Shown: piece by piece, positions 42,470-51,499 of the stretch
Numbering within the stretch: position 1 is the stretch's first letter
Layout of the letters: each line of letters begins with the position of its first letter
Assembly (NCBI GenBank): GCA_964397485.1
Contig: CAYNHT010000001.1
Coordinates: 273,190 to 337,189, forward strand
Direction: 5' to 3'
Length of the DNA stretch: 64,000 nt
Origin: an uncultured Muribaculaceae bacterium
GTDB taxonomy: Bacteria; Bacillota_I; Bacilli_A; RF39; UBA660
The notes under the pieces: generated by a model
Seen by the model: the letters and a program-made list of their open reading frames with translations, nothing else
Databases searched by the model: none
What the model was told of the DNA's origin: nothing
Position numbers and translations under genes: made by a program

Positions 42470-43198
42470 TTATTTAGAAAGTAAATTACTTAAATTATTA
42501 GTTCTTTGATCAAGTAAATATGCTTCATCATTTAAATCATAGAATCCATTTGCAATTGCAAATAAAATTATCCCAGTTATTGTTGGTGTAAATGAAAATG
42601 AATCTTGATCAATTTGCCAATTACGAATAAGAGAATTTGCAAATAGACATCTCATGTAGTTTGCTATATTATTTATATTTAGCCTTGTTCTATATTCTGA
42701 CAATTCTTTCATCACACTATTGGTTTGCTTTGTAATTTTTAACCTATTTAATTCTTGACTTAAACCTATATTAGAATTATTTCCATGACATTGTTTAAAA
42801 AATATATAATATAAGTAATAGTGCAATTGAATTTCATAACTACTCATAGAACTTAAAATATTAGTATAATACTTCATCTGATCGTCTTCGCCATTTGTAG
42901 ACCTTGACGATATTAATATACCAGCATAATACTCTTGAATAATATCTTCTTCACATAAACTTCCTTCATAAATAACATCGTTTAAAATTCTCGGATTTAC
43001 ACTTTTACCATCTTCATTTTTCTCAAAATTTATTTCTGGATTTTTATCTATAGCTTTCTGAAATATCTTATTTAAGTTGTCATATCTTTTTTCAAGATCA
43101 AAAGCCAATTTTTTCCCTAACATATCAAAGGAAGGTCCTAATAATTTTTTTAAAGCAATAGTAGATACTCCAGCTACTGTTAAAACATTAACATCCAT
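42470..43198 (-). CDS. Hypothetical protein embedded between hsdR and hsdM.
   Basis: 242 aa with 11-nt gaps to both neighbours. No recognisable motif. Confidence 0.5.
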   Translation of the reverse strand: MDVNVLTVAGVSTIALKKLLGPSFDMLGKKLAFDLEKRYDNLNKIFQKAIDKNPEINFEKNEDGKSVNPRILNDVIYEGSLCEEDIIQEYYAGILISSRSTNGEDDQMKYYTNILSSMSSYEIQLHYYLYYIFFKQCHGNNSNIGLSQELNRLKITKQTNSVMKELSEYRTRLNINNIANYMRCLFANSLIRNWQIDQDSFSFTPTITGIILFAIANGFYDLNDEAYLLDQRTNNLSNLLSK

Positions 43199-43209
43199 TT
43201 TATCACCAC

Positions 43210-45963
43210 CTACATATATTTTTTAACGGTATTTATTATAAAATCTTTTATACTCTGAACTACACCTATTTTTTGTAAAAAGGGCAACTCTATTTCTTTA
43301 TTTATTTCACCAATAGGTATAACACCACTATACTCGAATTCTTCAATAAAGTCACTTAATTTTTCATAAGAAATATTATATTCTTTAGCCATTCTTTCTA
43401 TTTCTCTAACTCTTTCTTGAGTTAAGTGATTGTTATATGCTTCATCGATAGATTTATCCTTATCTAAGACTGGAACAACCTTATTTAGGAAATTTTTAAT
43501 AAGTTCAGATTTGAGTCTTAATTCCTCATTATCTGTTTTATCTATTTTATCCTCAATATCGTTTATATCTTTTCTCAATGTTTCTTTATTACTTAAATCT
43601 AAGTTTTTAATTAAATCTAAAATATATGAAACATTTATTTTGTCAGTGCGCATCAACTCAAGCTCAAAATCTATATCATCTAATATAGTTTCCTCATCTT
43701 TTTGAGCTTGTCTAGCTAAATACGTATACTTGCTCCTATAATCTTGATATTCTTGGCTTGATATTAAATTAACACTTGATTCAAAATTAAATTTTGGAAA
43801 AGTTTCTAATTTAACCAAAATTCTAGCAACTTCTCTAAATGCTAGGACAAATTCTCGTTTATCTTCTTCTCTTTCTAAATTATTAATACTGTCTAACGTT
43901 GGAGCTATCTTTTTAAGTTTAGATAAAGCTTTTTCAAATTGCTCTAAATATTCATCATAGTTTTTCATAAGAACAGTATCAACATTGTTAGTTTGAGAGA
44001 ATAAAGTAATAGCTTCGTCAACTGCTTTTTTTCCCGTTTGGTAGCAGATTATATTGCCATAAGGTTTTGTTGATAATTCCACTCTATTAGTACGAGAAAA
44101 GGCTTGAATTAAATTATGATTATTCAATTTTTTATCAACATATAATGTGTTTAATCTTTTTGAATCAAATCCCGTTAAAAACATATTAACGACTAAAAGG
44201 ATATCAATCTCACCACTCTTTACCTTTTTCGTTACATCTTTAAAGTAACTTTCAAAGGTATCTGTTGAGTAATTTCTATTAAAGAGTTTATTATAGTCCT
44301 TTATAATACGTTCTAAGCTATCTCTCGAATGCTCATCTCTTCCCTCAGAGTCTTCATTATTACCATAAGTAAAAATAGCGGATATTTTTAAATCTTGATT
44401 AATACTTTTAAACATATCATAGTACTTTACTAACATTGGAATGCTTTGAACTGCAAAAATAGCATTGTACATTCTGTTTCTTGTTTTGGTATTATGAATA
44501 TCTACTATATTATTTGCGATTATAGCAATTCTCTCATCTGCCATTAAAGCTTCTTCCGTATCAATAGCTTCTACCCTTTTATCTTCAAGTCCTTCTTTAT
44601 AATTTGTAGTACTAACATAGTCAACAGAGAAACCCAATACATTTTCGTCTTTTATTGCATCTTTTATTAGATATGTATGTAAACACTTTTCAAAGATATC
44701 CGCAGTTGTTCTTCCATCAATTGCTTTGTTTTCGATAAATCTTGGAGTACCAGTAAACCCAAAATATTGGGCTTTTTCAAAATGAACATTTATGACCTTA
44801 TGCATTTCTCCAAACTGTGATCTATGACATTCATCAATAATGAATATTACTTTTTCATTTTTATATTTTTCTAATATACTGTTATATCTTGGATTTTTAA
44901 TAGCATTAGCCATTTTTTGAATAGTAGTTATAATTAAATTTTTGGCTGGATCTTCTATTTGTTTAACAAGCGTATCAGTTTTATCAGTTGTATCAACACA
45001 ACCAGGATCAAATTTATTAAATTCTTCTAAAGTTTGTCCATCTAAATCTTTTCTATCAACTAAGAAAAAAACCTTATTAATATTTGGCTCATCTTTTAAT
45101 AACTGACTTGTTTTAAAAGATGTTAATGTTTTACCAGAACCAGTTGTATGCCAAACATATCCGTTATTATTGGTTTCAGTAGCCCTATTTAATATTTCTT
45201 CTGTTGCATACACCTGATAAGGTCTCATAATCATTAAAGCCTTATCAGTTTCATTTAACACCATATATCTAGCTATCATTTTTGAAATATGACATTTATC
45301 TAAAAAATAAAATGCAAAGTCGCTTAAATTACTTATTCTTTCGTTTTTAACATCAGTCCAGTGAAATGTATGTGAAAAATTCAAATCACTATCACCATTG
45401 GAAAAGTACTTTGTATCTACTCCGTTGCTAATAACAAACAATTGAATATATCTATATAATCCTGTAAATGAATGTTTCCTATATCTTTGAATTTGGTTAA
45501 AAGCTTCTTTAAAATCTAATCCCCTTCTTTTTAATTCGATTTGAACTAAGGGAAGCCCGTTAATTAAAATGGTTACATCATATCGACTGGTATACTTACC
45601 AATAACAGTAGTTTGATTAGTAATTTGAAATAAATTTTTGCACCATTGTTTAGAATTAAACAACTCAATAAAAATAGTTTTCCCATTATCTCGGGTTATA
45701 CTTTGTAATTGTCTTAATTCTTTAGCACTATTAAAAACACCCTTACCAGAGATGATTGTCACTAATCTATCAAATTCCCTGTCTGACAATTCAATTCCAT
45801 CAAGTCTTTTTAAATTAAATTTGTTAACTTGTTTTCTAAAGTTATCAAGAAGATTTTGTTCATTATTTATAATTACTCTTTCGTAACCTTGTTTTACTAA
45901 CTGTTCAATTAAATTATACTCTAATCTTGCTTCGCTTTCATAAGCACTACTCATATTAATCAC
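43210..45963 (-). CDS. hsdR: Type I restriction enzyme R subunit.
   Basis: 'VWHTTGSGKTLTSF' Walker A and 'IIDECHRSQ' DEAH-like box. 917 aa. Confidence 0.9.
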   Translation of the reverse strand: MINMSSAYESEARLEYNLIEQLVKQGYERVIINNEQNLLDNFRKQVNKFNLKRLDGIELSDREFDRLVTIISGKGVFNSAKELRQLQSITRDNGKTIFIELFNSKQWCKNLFQITNQTTVIGKYTSRYDVTILINGLPLVQIELKRRGLDFKEAFNQIQRYRKHSFTGLYRYIQLFVISNGVDTKYFSNGDSDLNFSHTFHWTDVKNERISNLSDFAFYFLDKCHISKMIARYMVLNETDKALMIMRPYQVYATEEILNRATETNNNGYVWHTTGSGKTLTSFKTSQLLKDEPNINKVFFLVDRKDLDGQTLEEFNKFDPGCVDTTDKTDTLVKQIEDPAKNLIITTIQKMANAIKNPRYNSILEKYKNEKVIFIIDECHRSQFGEMHKVINVHFEKAQYFGFTGTPRFIENKAIDGRTTADIFEKCLHTYLIKDAIKDENVLGFSVDYVSTTNYKEGLEDKRVEAIDTEEALMADERIAIIANNIVDIHNTKTRNRMYNAIFAVQSIPMLVKYYDMFKSINQDLKISAIFTYGNNEDSEGRDEHSRDSLERIIKDYNKLFNRNYSTDTFESYFKDVTKKVKSGEIDILLVVNMFLTGFDSKRLNTLYVDKKLNNHNLIQAFSRTNRVELSTKPYGNIICYQTGKKAVDEAITLFSQTNNVDTVLMKNYDEYLEQFEKALSKLKKIAPTLDSINNLEREEDKREFVLAFREVARILVKLETFPKFNFESSVNLISSQEYQDYRSKYTYLARQAQKDEETILDDIDFELELMRTDKINVSYILDLIKNLDLSNKETLRKDINDIEDKIDKTDNEELRLKSELIKNFLNKVVPVLDKDKSIDEAYNNHLTQERVREIERMAKEYNISYEKLSDFIEEFEYSGVIPIGEINKEIELPFLQKIGVVQSIKDFIINTVKKYM

Positions 45964-46370
45964 TCCAGACTAATTTCTATATAAATTATACCACATTTTG
46001 TGGTTTTTTTAATGCATTTTAGAAAATTTCACACTGCATCTCTATAACAAACTTGGGCTTTTTTCTAGAATATATTTTGTTTTTTGTAAATGACACTGAA
46101 TAGTGCTAATTATTTGTTTTATAACGATATAGATAAAACAAAAAAAAGAGCTTGTAAAACAAATAAAGATATATTCTTCTCATTGATTTTATAATAAAAA
46201 TTATTGCCGAGTAAAATCACGACACTATCCCAAAAAATTAAAAAGAGTTTTAATTAAAAAAATTATAATACAATTTATTTATTAAGAAAACATTACAACG
46301 AGTTGATTGCTTTATTCATATTCTATACAATAAAGTACTTCAAATATAAAATATTAAAATGTGTTTTTTA

Positions 46371-46461
46371 ATACAAAAAAGATTACAATTTTTTGCAATC
46401 CTTCTAATTTCATATTTGGTGCCATTATAGAATTCAGCCCTATGACTCACTTATTAAGAGT
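46371..46461. repeat. Island-boundary module copy 1: A-run/hairpin/T-run terminator plus a degenerate tRNA-Lys 3'-half copy (46427-46461).
   Basis: 'aaaaaagattacaattttttgcaatccttctaatttcatatttggtgccattatagaattcagccctatgactcacttattaagagtg'. Confidence 0.55.
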
Positions 46462-46966
46462 GCTTCAATGGGGTCATCGTAGGTTATTTCAACTGAAACA
46501 AATTTGTATATTTATGGAGATTGTTATCATTTTATCTTTTTCTCGCATTTTATAACATTACATATTGTTTTAAAAAATCGTATGATATCAGTTAATTAAG
46601 CAATACAACGAATTTGTAAAAATGTAGGTAATGAAACATCTAAAAAAATACCTAGATTAAAACTGTTTCTTTATCATATCCTACAAATGAAGTATAAATA
46701 TTATTAATAGTGTATTGAGTGAAGCAGATAATATAATCTCCCATTACCAGCCATGGAAAAATATAATTAAATATTCAAAAAGAGAACGTCGTGAAGCTAT
46801 CTTAAGAGATGCGGAGTAAACCCAAATTATTAGTAATAGTGTTTGTTGGCATGGGAAATGACACCAATTCAAAATATTAATTGTCATGTATTTGAATCTT
46901 TATAAAAAATCTGTAAATAAAAGTAATTCTGTTTTAATTTTGGTTACAGATAAAAGAGTAAAATAA

Positions 46967-47410
46967 TTATTTTTTTGAACTCAAAATTGATAATCTGACA
47001 ATGAGAGTTAAAAGCATTAATTGAAATAGAAACGTAAATATATATATTGATTCTCGCAAAATTAATAAAGAATCTTTAAGCTCTGACGGAATTTTTATGT
47101 CAAAATTAAAGACACCTAGTAAAAACACGAGGAATGTAAATTTAACCATATTATTAAAATACATTAGAAACACTTCATACAAATCCGATTTAAAGTTATA
47201 AAATTTTGTTATCAAAGGTTTGGCTGTTATTCTAAAAGTTATTAAGAATGGAGTCATTATTAATATAAATTCAAAAATTGTATCTAAATCAACTGAAAAG
47301 AAACTCATAAAATTATCACTTACGCTAAAAATAAGCGACAAAATAAAACTAACAAAAATATATTTATATACACCTGTCACTTTATACATTTTTTCTAAAA
47401 CTTTATGCAT
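46967..47410 (-). CDS. Small polytopic membrane protein (partner of the upstream 277-aa protein).
   Basis: Four TM helices. The start overlaps the stop of the upstream gene. Confidence 0.45.
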   Translation of the reverse strand: MHKVLEKMYKVTGVYKYIFVSFILSLIFSVSDNFMSFFSVDLDTIFEFILIMTPFLITFRITAKPLITKFYNFKSDLYEVFLMYFNNMVKFTFLVFLLGVFNFDIKIPSELKDSLLILRESIYIFTFLFQLMLLTLIVRLSILSSKK

Positions 47411-48236
47411 ATGCACCACCTTTTGCATGTGCAACGTCACTTAAATTATCAATAATCATTTCACTACCATGAGAAGTAATTTCAACATTTAAAATAATAT
47501 CATCCGCCGTTTCATCTATAATGTTAATCATTTTTGTCTGCTCCTTACCACCACGAGCATATTTACAATTTACTCTAAGTTTTTTCAAGTTATTTGTTTC
47601 TTGGTGTAAATCAACAAGAGTTTTTAATAATGCTTTTTTTGAGTTTCCAGTAGAATCTCCAGAAAACCATCTACTATTGATTGTAAAATTACATTCTTCT
47701 GCTTCAAAAAAATTAAGAGTACTATTAATGCCTTTTACTATATTTTCGAAAGATGGTTCGTCAAAGTCACAATTAATTTTTTTTGAGTTAATTTCCATTG
47801 AAATTATTTCTGAACTTTCAAGAAATGGAATTCTTGCCATATCAGACAAGTCTTGCGCAAATGAAAATGTAATATCAGGTCCAAATACTTTATTAAGAGT
47901 TCTTTCCATAGCTTTGATTTTAACGCCAGCATGATTATATTCCATAAAAGCCTCTATTCTATCCGGCCTTCTAACCAATAACACTGTTGATAATTCTGCT
48001 ACTTTTTCATTTATTTCTCTATAATCATTTCCATAAACAGGTTTTATTTCACGATCATATGCAAATTGTATTAGCATATCACGATCTTTTTCTTCAAATT
48101 TATTTATTATAACTCCCCCATTATTATAGTAGTTAACGTTACGTTCTTCCTGCTCCTTTCCAAATATACTTCTCAAATTAATGAAACTTTCTCCTTCAAG
48201 CGCAAGTATATACTTTTTTATTCTTAAACTAGCCAT
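47403..48236 (-). CDS. Hypothetical cytoplasmic protein (277 aa).
   Basis: No recognisable motif. Co-oriented and overlapping with the downstream TM protein. Confidence 0.5.
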   Translation of the reverse strand: MASLRIKKYILALEGESFINLRSIFGKEQEERNVNYYNNGGVIINKFEEKDRDMLIQFAYDREIKPVYGNDYREINEKVAELSTVLLVRRPDRIEAFMEYNHAGVKIKAMERTLNKVFGPDITFSFAQDLSDMARIPFLESSEIISMEINSKKINCDFDEPSFENIVKGINSTLNFFEAEECNFTINSRWFSGDSTGNSKKALLKTLVDLHQETNNLKKLRVNCKYARGGKEQTKMINIIDETADDIILNVEITSHGSEMIIDNLSDVAHAKGGAYA

Positions 48237-48470
48237 AAGTCACCTCCTTTCTTACTATATCACTTTGTCCATTTTTACACATGACTACAAACAGTAAACA
48301 CTAAACAAAAAAGCAGCACAAATTAAACCTAATCGGTTTACTGTACTGCTTAACCAAATACATTATACCACTTACTTTCAAGATTTGTCCCTTTTTATCA
48401 CAAAATATCTTATTTCATTATAACTTTTTTTATATTTTTCCGACAAAAGTCCAATTTTGCTATTTCGAAC

Positions 48471-48540
48471 ATAAAAAAAAGATTGTGAATCCTCACAATT
48501 TTTTAATTTCATATTTGTACGTATAATCTACGTATTTTTT
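48471..48540. repeat. Island-boundary module copy 2 (terminator hairpin without a tRNA fragment).
   Basis: 'aaaaaaaagattgtgaatcctcacaattttttaatttcatatttg' plus a second hairpin 'tacgtataatctacgta' and a T-run. Confidence 0.5.
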
Positions 48541-48616
48541 TATTTAGTGGTGGCTATATAGTAGATAATCTTTTATCATACAAAGAATATCATACACAGT
48601 CGATAAAAGCCCCGCC

Positions 48617-49798
48617 TTAAAGGGTGTCATTCCAATAATCAATAACGAACCTATTTACCTCTTTAATTTTTTTCTTGCTTTCCTTGTTTTTAAAATTATA
48701 ATGAAATTTTGGTAAAACATTTTCTCTAACTTCTAGTTTAAACTTCCAACCATCTTCATATTTTCTAGGAAAGTTATCTAGTTTAGTTCTATCATATTTT
48801 GATATTTTTTCTGCTCTGCTAATAAGTCTAGTAAAAGAAAAATTATATTTAAAAGGATGATTTGTCTCATGGTGATGGACTATTTGATTTGTTGGAACGC
48901 CTAATGTCTTTGGAATAAATTGAGCGAAATATTTAGTTCTTTCTTTTTTACATGTACAAAATAATTTTTGTATTTCGTCTGAAGTAATTTCATCATTAAA
49001 TAAAACTAGATTTCTTGAAGATACTACTTGAAACATATTAAGCCATTTTACTTCAGTATCATTATTAATGTTTATTATTTGCTTATTATTGTTTCTAGGA
49101 TACATCTTTTTATCATATAAGATTATAAGTTTAGTTGGTGAAACCGGGAAAAATATTACAATTCCAATTGAAGTCAAACCAACATTGTAAATGCAAAAAT
49201 TATTATAATGTATTATTGGATTGTCACTTGTTATAAGTTTGCTCTTACAAGTATAATTTATTATTAGCAGTTCTAAATCTACAATATATTTCCCCAATTC
49301 TTTATCAGCTAATTCTAAACACATCTCTGGAATTTTATTTAATTTTTCTTTTAAAAAGACGTCTTTGATTTTTTGTTTTTCGCTATCACTTAAACTATCA
49401 AATTTATTTCCATATTTCATTTGAACAGCAACATCAATTGTCTTCCAAGCCATTTCTTTAACTTGTGTTACTCTGGTAAGTGTTCTGTTTTTTTGAAATA
49501 GTATAAACTGCTTTATTTTATTTATTTCATTAATGGTGGGGTAATAAATAGTATTGCCATTAATTTTATTTAATACGCTAGCCCATTCTCCTTCCAAACT
49601 CGATAATTTTCTTTCCCAAATTTCATCTGTTCCATAATAATAATTTTCGTAACATTGGTTCATGTATGGAACATTACTTATTATTTTTTCATTTGAAATA
49701 TTTAGGATACTAATTTGCTTTTTATAATTTGAAAAATATTTTAAATAGAATTGTGGAACATAATGTTGCTTTTTTCTTTTGTTCGACAATTTTACCAC
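48617..49798 (-). CDS. DUF4238-like protein.
   Basis: N-terminal 'HYVPQFYLKYF' resembles the DUF4238 signature. 393 aa. Confidence 0.4.
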   Translation of the reverse strand: MVKLSNKRKKQHYVPQFYLKYFSNYKKQISILNISNEKIISNVPYMNQCYENYYYGTDEIWERKLSSLEGEWASVLNKINGNTIYYPTINEINKIKQFILFQKNRTLTRVTQVKEMAWKTIDVAVQMKYGNKFDSLSDSEKQKIKDVFLKEKLNKIPEMCLELADKELGKYIVDLELLIINYTCKSKLITSDNPIIHYNNFCIYNVGLTSIGIVIFFPVSPTKLIILYDKKMYPRNNNKQIININNDTEVKWLNMFQVVSSRNLVLFNDEITSDEIQKLFCTCKKERTKYFAQFIPKTLGVPTNQIVHHHETNHPFKYNFSFTRLISRAEKISKYDRTKLDNFPRKYEDGWKFKLEVRENVLPKFHYNFKNKESKKKIKEVNRFVIDYWNDTL

Positions 49799-50040
49799 CT
49801 CAATATATTTATTTTATCAGAATTTACATATTTTTAGAATGCAAGTTGTAATAAAACTCGATTATTAATTCTAAGGTTATCTCTATCGCCGACGTCGAAC
49901 TTTGCTACCACAGAGGAAACTGAACAACATATTTCATCTTCGATTGTCAGAGCAGATCAGATTGGATCAGAAATATTTGTAAAGTTATTTACTTACTATT
50001 TTCCATTATAAATACCATCAATTCCCTACTTTTTAAGCAT

Positions 50041-50125
50041 AAAAAAAGATTGTGATTTCTCACAATCCCTTATATTCATTGGTGTCCCGTATAGGATTCG
50101 AACCTATGACCCACTGATTAAGAGT
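50041..50125. repeat. Island-boundary module copy 3: terminator hairpin plus a well-preserved tRNA-Lys 3' half (50080-50125).
   Basis: 'aaaaaaagattgtgatttctcacaatc' then 'tggtgtcccgtataggattcgaacctatgacccactgattaagagt'. The reverse complement has an intact T-arm and acceptor strand. Confidence 0.7.
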
Positions 50126-50350
50126 TTTAAAAGGCACTTATTATGGTTTAGTATATAGTCATAAAAAATACTATATACTAACAATTATCAATGATAGTCA
50201 CAACACAAAATAATATATTTTATTATTTATTGATATATATTAGTCCGATTTAAGTCCGACTTATTATAAAAATAGTATCCAGGGGGTATCACTTCAAAAC
50301 AAATAATTTAGAATAAATGTTACTAGTGTAGTAGGATAATCGGCACCCAC

Positions 50351-51445
50351 TCAAAAATCATTTAGGCATTGTTGTGATTTTAATATATCATTTTCAAGTA
50401 AAACCAAAATATTATTAAGAGCTGTTTCAATTTTAATTTTATAATCGTTATCACTAAAGCTGAACTCTTGTTGAATTAAACCTAAAAACATTAATTTGTT
50501 ATTATAGTATCTTTCGTTGATACTATTTTTCATATCATAATGAAACATACAGTTCCTAAAGTTTCTATTTTTAAAATATTGTTGTCCTTTTATCAAGTCT
50601 TTATATTTTTTAATATCAAATGGGCAATTAACAAATATTTCATTATCACACATTTTAGAAATATCACTATGGATGGTGTCCCATATAATATAAGCAAGTC
50701 TATACCTTAATGTTGATTTGCTAGGTAGTGTATTACAAATTATTACTTGATAATAGTTAATTTTACATATCATATCTAATAGGCTTAAACCTATATTAAC
50801 ATCAATGTCATTTTTAAATAAACCATTACTATTTTTTGTTGTATTGAAATCTTTATATTTTACTAGAAAAGAATTAATATCGATATTGTCATTTTGTTCA
50901 ACAGAAAAGCATTTCATTAAAGCACTTAATACTTGTCCCTGTTCTTTTCCAAAATCAAATAAATGTTGATTTAATTCTTCTTTGTTTTTCAAAAGGGGCT
51001 TATATAATGTAGCGAATAGAAATGTGTTTCCTATCGGTTTAACATCAATGTAGTATACACCTAAATTATCTACTAAATCTTTTAAAAACCTATGTTCCTT
51101 TATAAATGAACTCATATTAATAAAATCTTCATGTGTTTGTTCATTTAATGTATTTATTTTTTCATATCTTTTTTCAAATGGTAATTCATCACTTTTAGTA
51201 CGACCTCTAATGGATTTAATGGCTTTTTTATACCTTAATTCTTTTCTTAATTCAACATTGTAATTTTCTTCTATATAATCAATTATTCCTAAATTTAATA
51301 AGTTTAAGTAATTAAACCAAAACATTGAAATAACAGCATTTTGGGTTTTAGAAATTGTAATGCACATTTTATAAATATCTTTAAGTTCTTCTTTAATAAG
51401 GATGTTAGTATTATCAGTTATATCAATTGTAAGTTCTATTTCCAT
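50351..51445 (-). CDS. Hypothetical protein with a C-terminal R-N-x-x-x-H (HEPN-like) motif.
   Basis: 364 aa; 'FRNCMFH'. Second gene of a two-gene operon. Confidence 0.5.
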   Translation of the reverse strand: MEIELTIDITDNTNILIKEELKDIYKMCITISKTQNAVISMFWFNYLNLLNLGIIDYIEENYNVELRKELRYKKAIKSIRGRTKSDELPFEKRYEKINTLNEQTHEDFINMSSFIKEHRFLKDLVDNLGVYYIDVKPIGNTFLFATLYKPLLKNKEELNQHLFDFGKEQGQVLSALMKCFSVEQNDNIDINSFLVKYKDFNTTKNSNGLFKNDIDVNIGLSLLDMICKINYYQVIICNTLPSKSTLRYRLAYIIWDTIHSDISKMCDNEIFVNCPFDIKKYKDLIKGQQYFKNRNFRNCMFHYDMKNSINERYYNNKLMFLGLIQQEFSFSDNDYKIKIETALNNILVLLENDILKSQQCLNDF

Positions 51446-51499
51446 TAAATTCCCCCTTAATTATTTTAAATATGTTAGTTTTAATTTGTATATACAAAA

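Noticed and set aside
46361-46555. A 64-aa plus-strand ORF overlapping the tRNA-Lys 3'-half repeat.
   Set aside because: It spans the att/terminator module, has no RBS and its composition is not protein-like. The sequence is better explained as a repeat.
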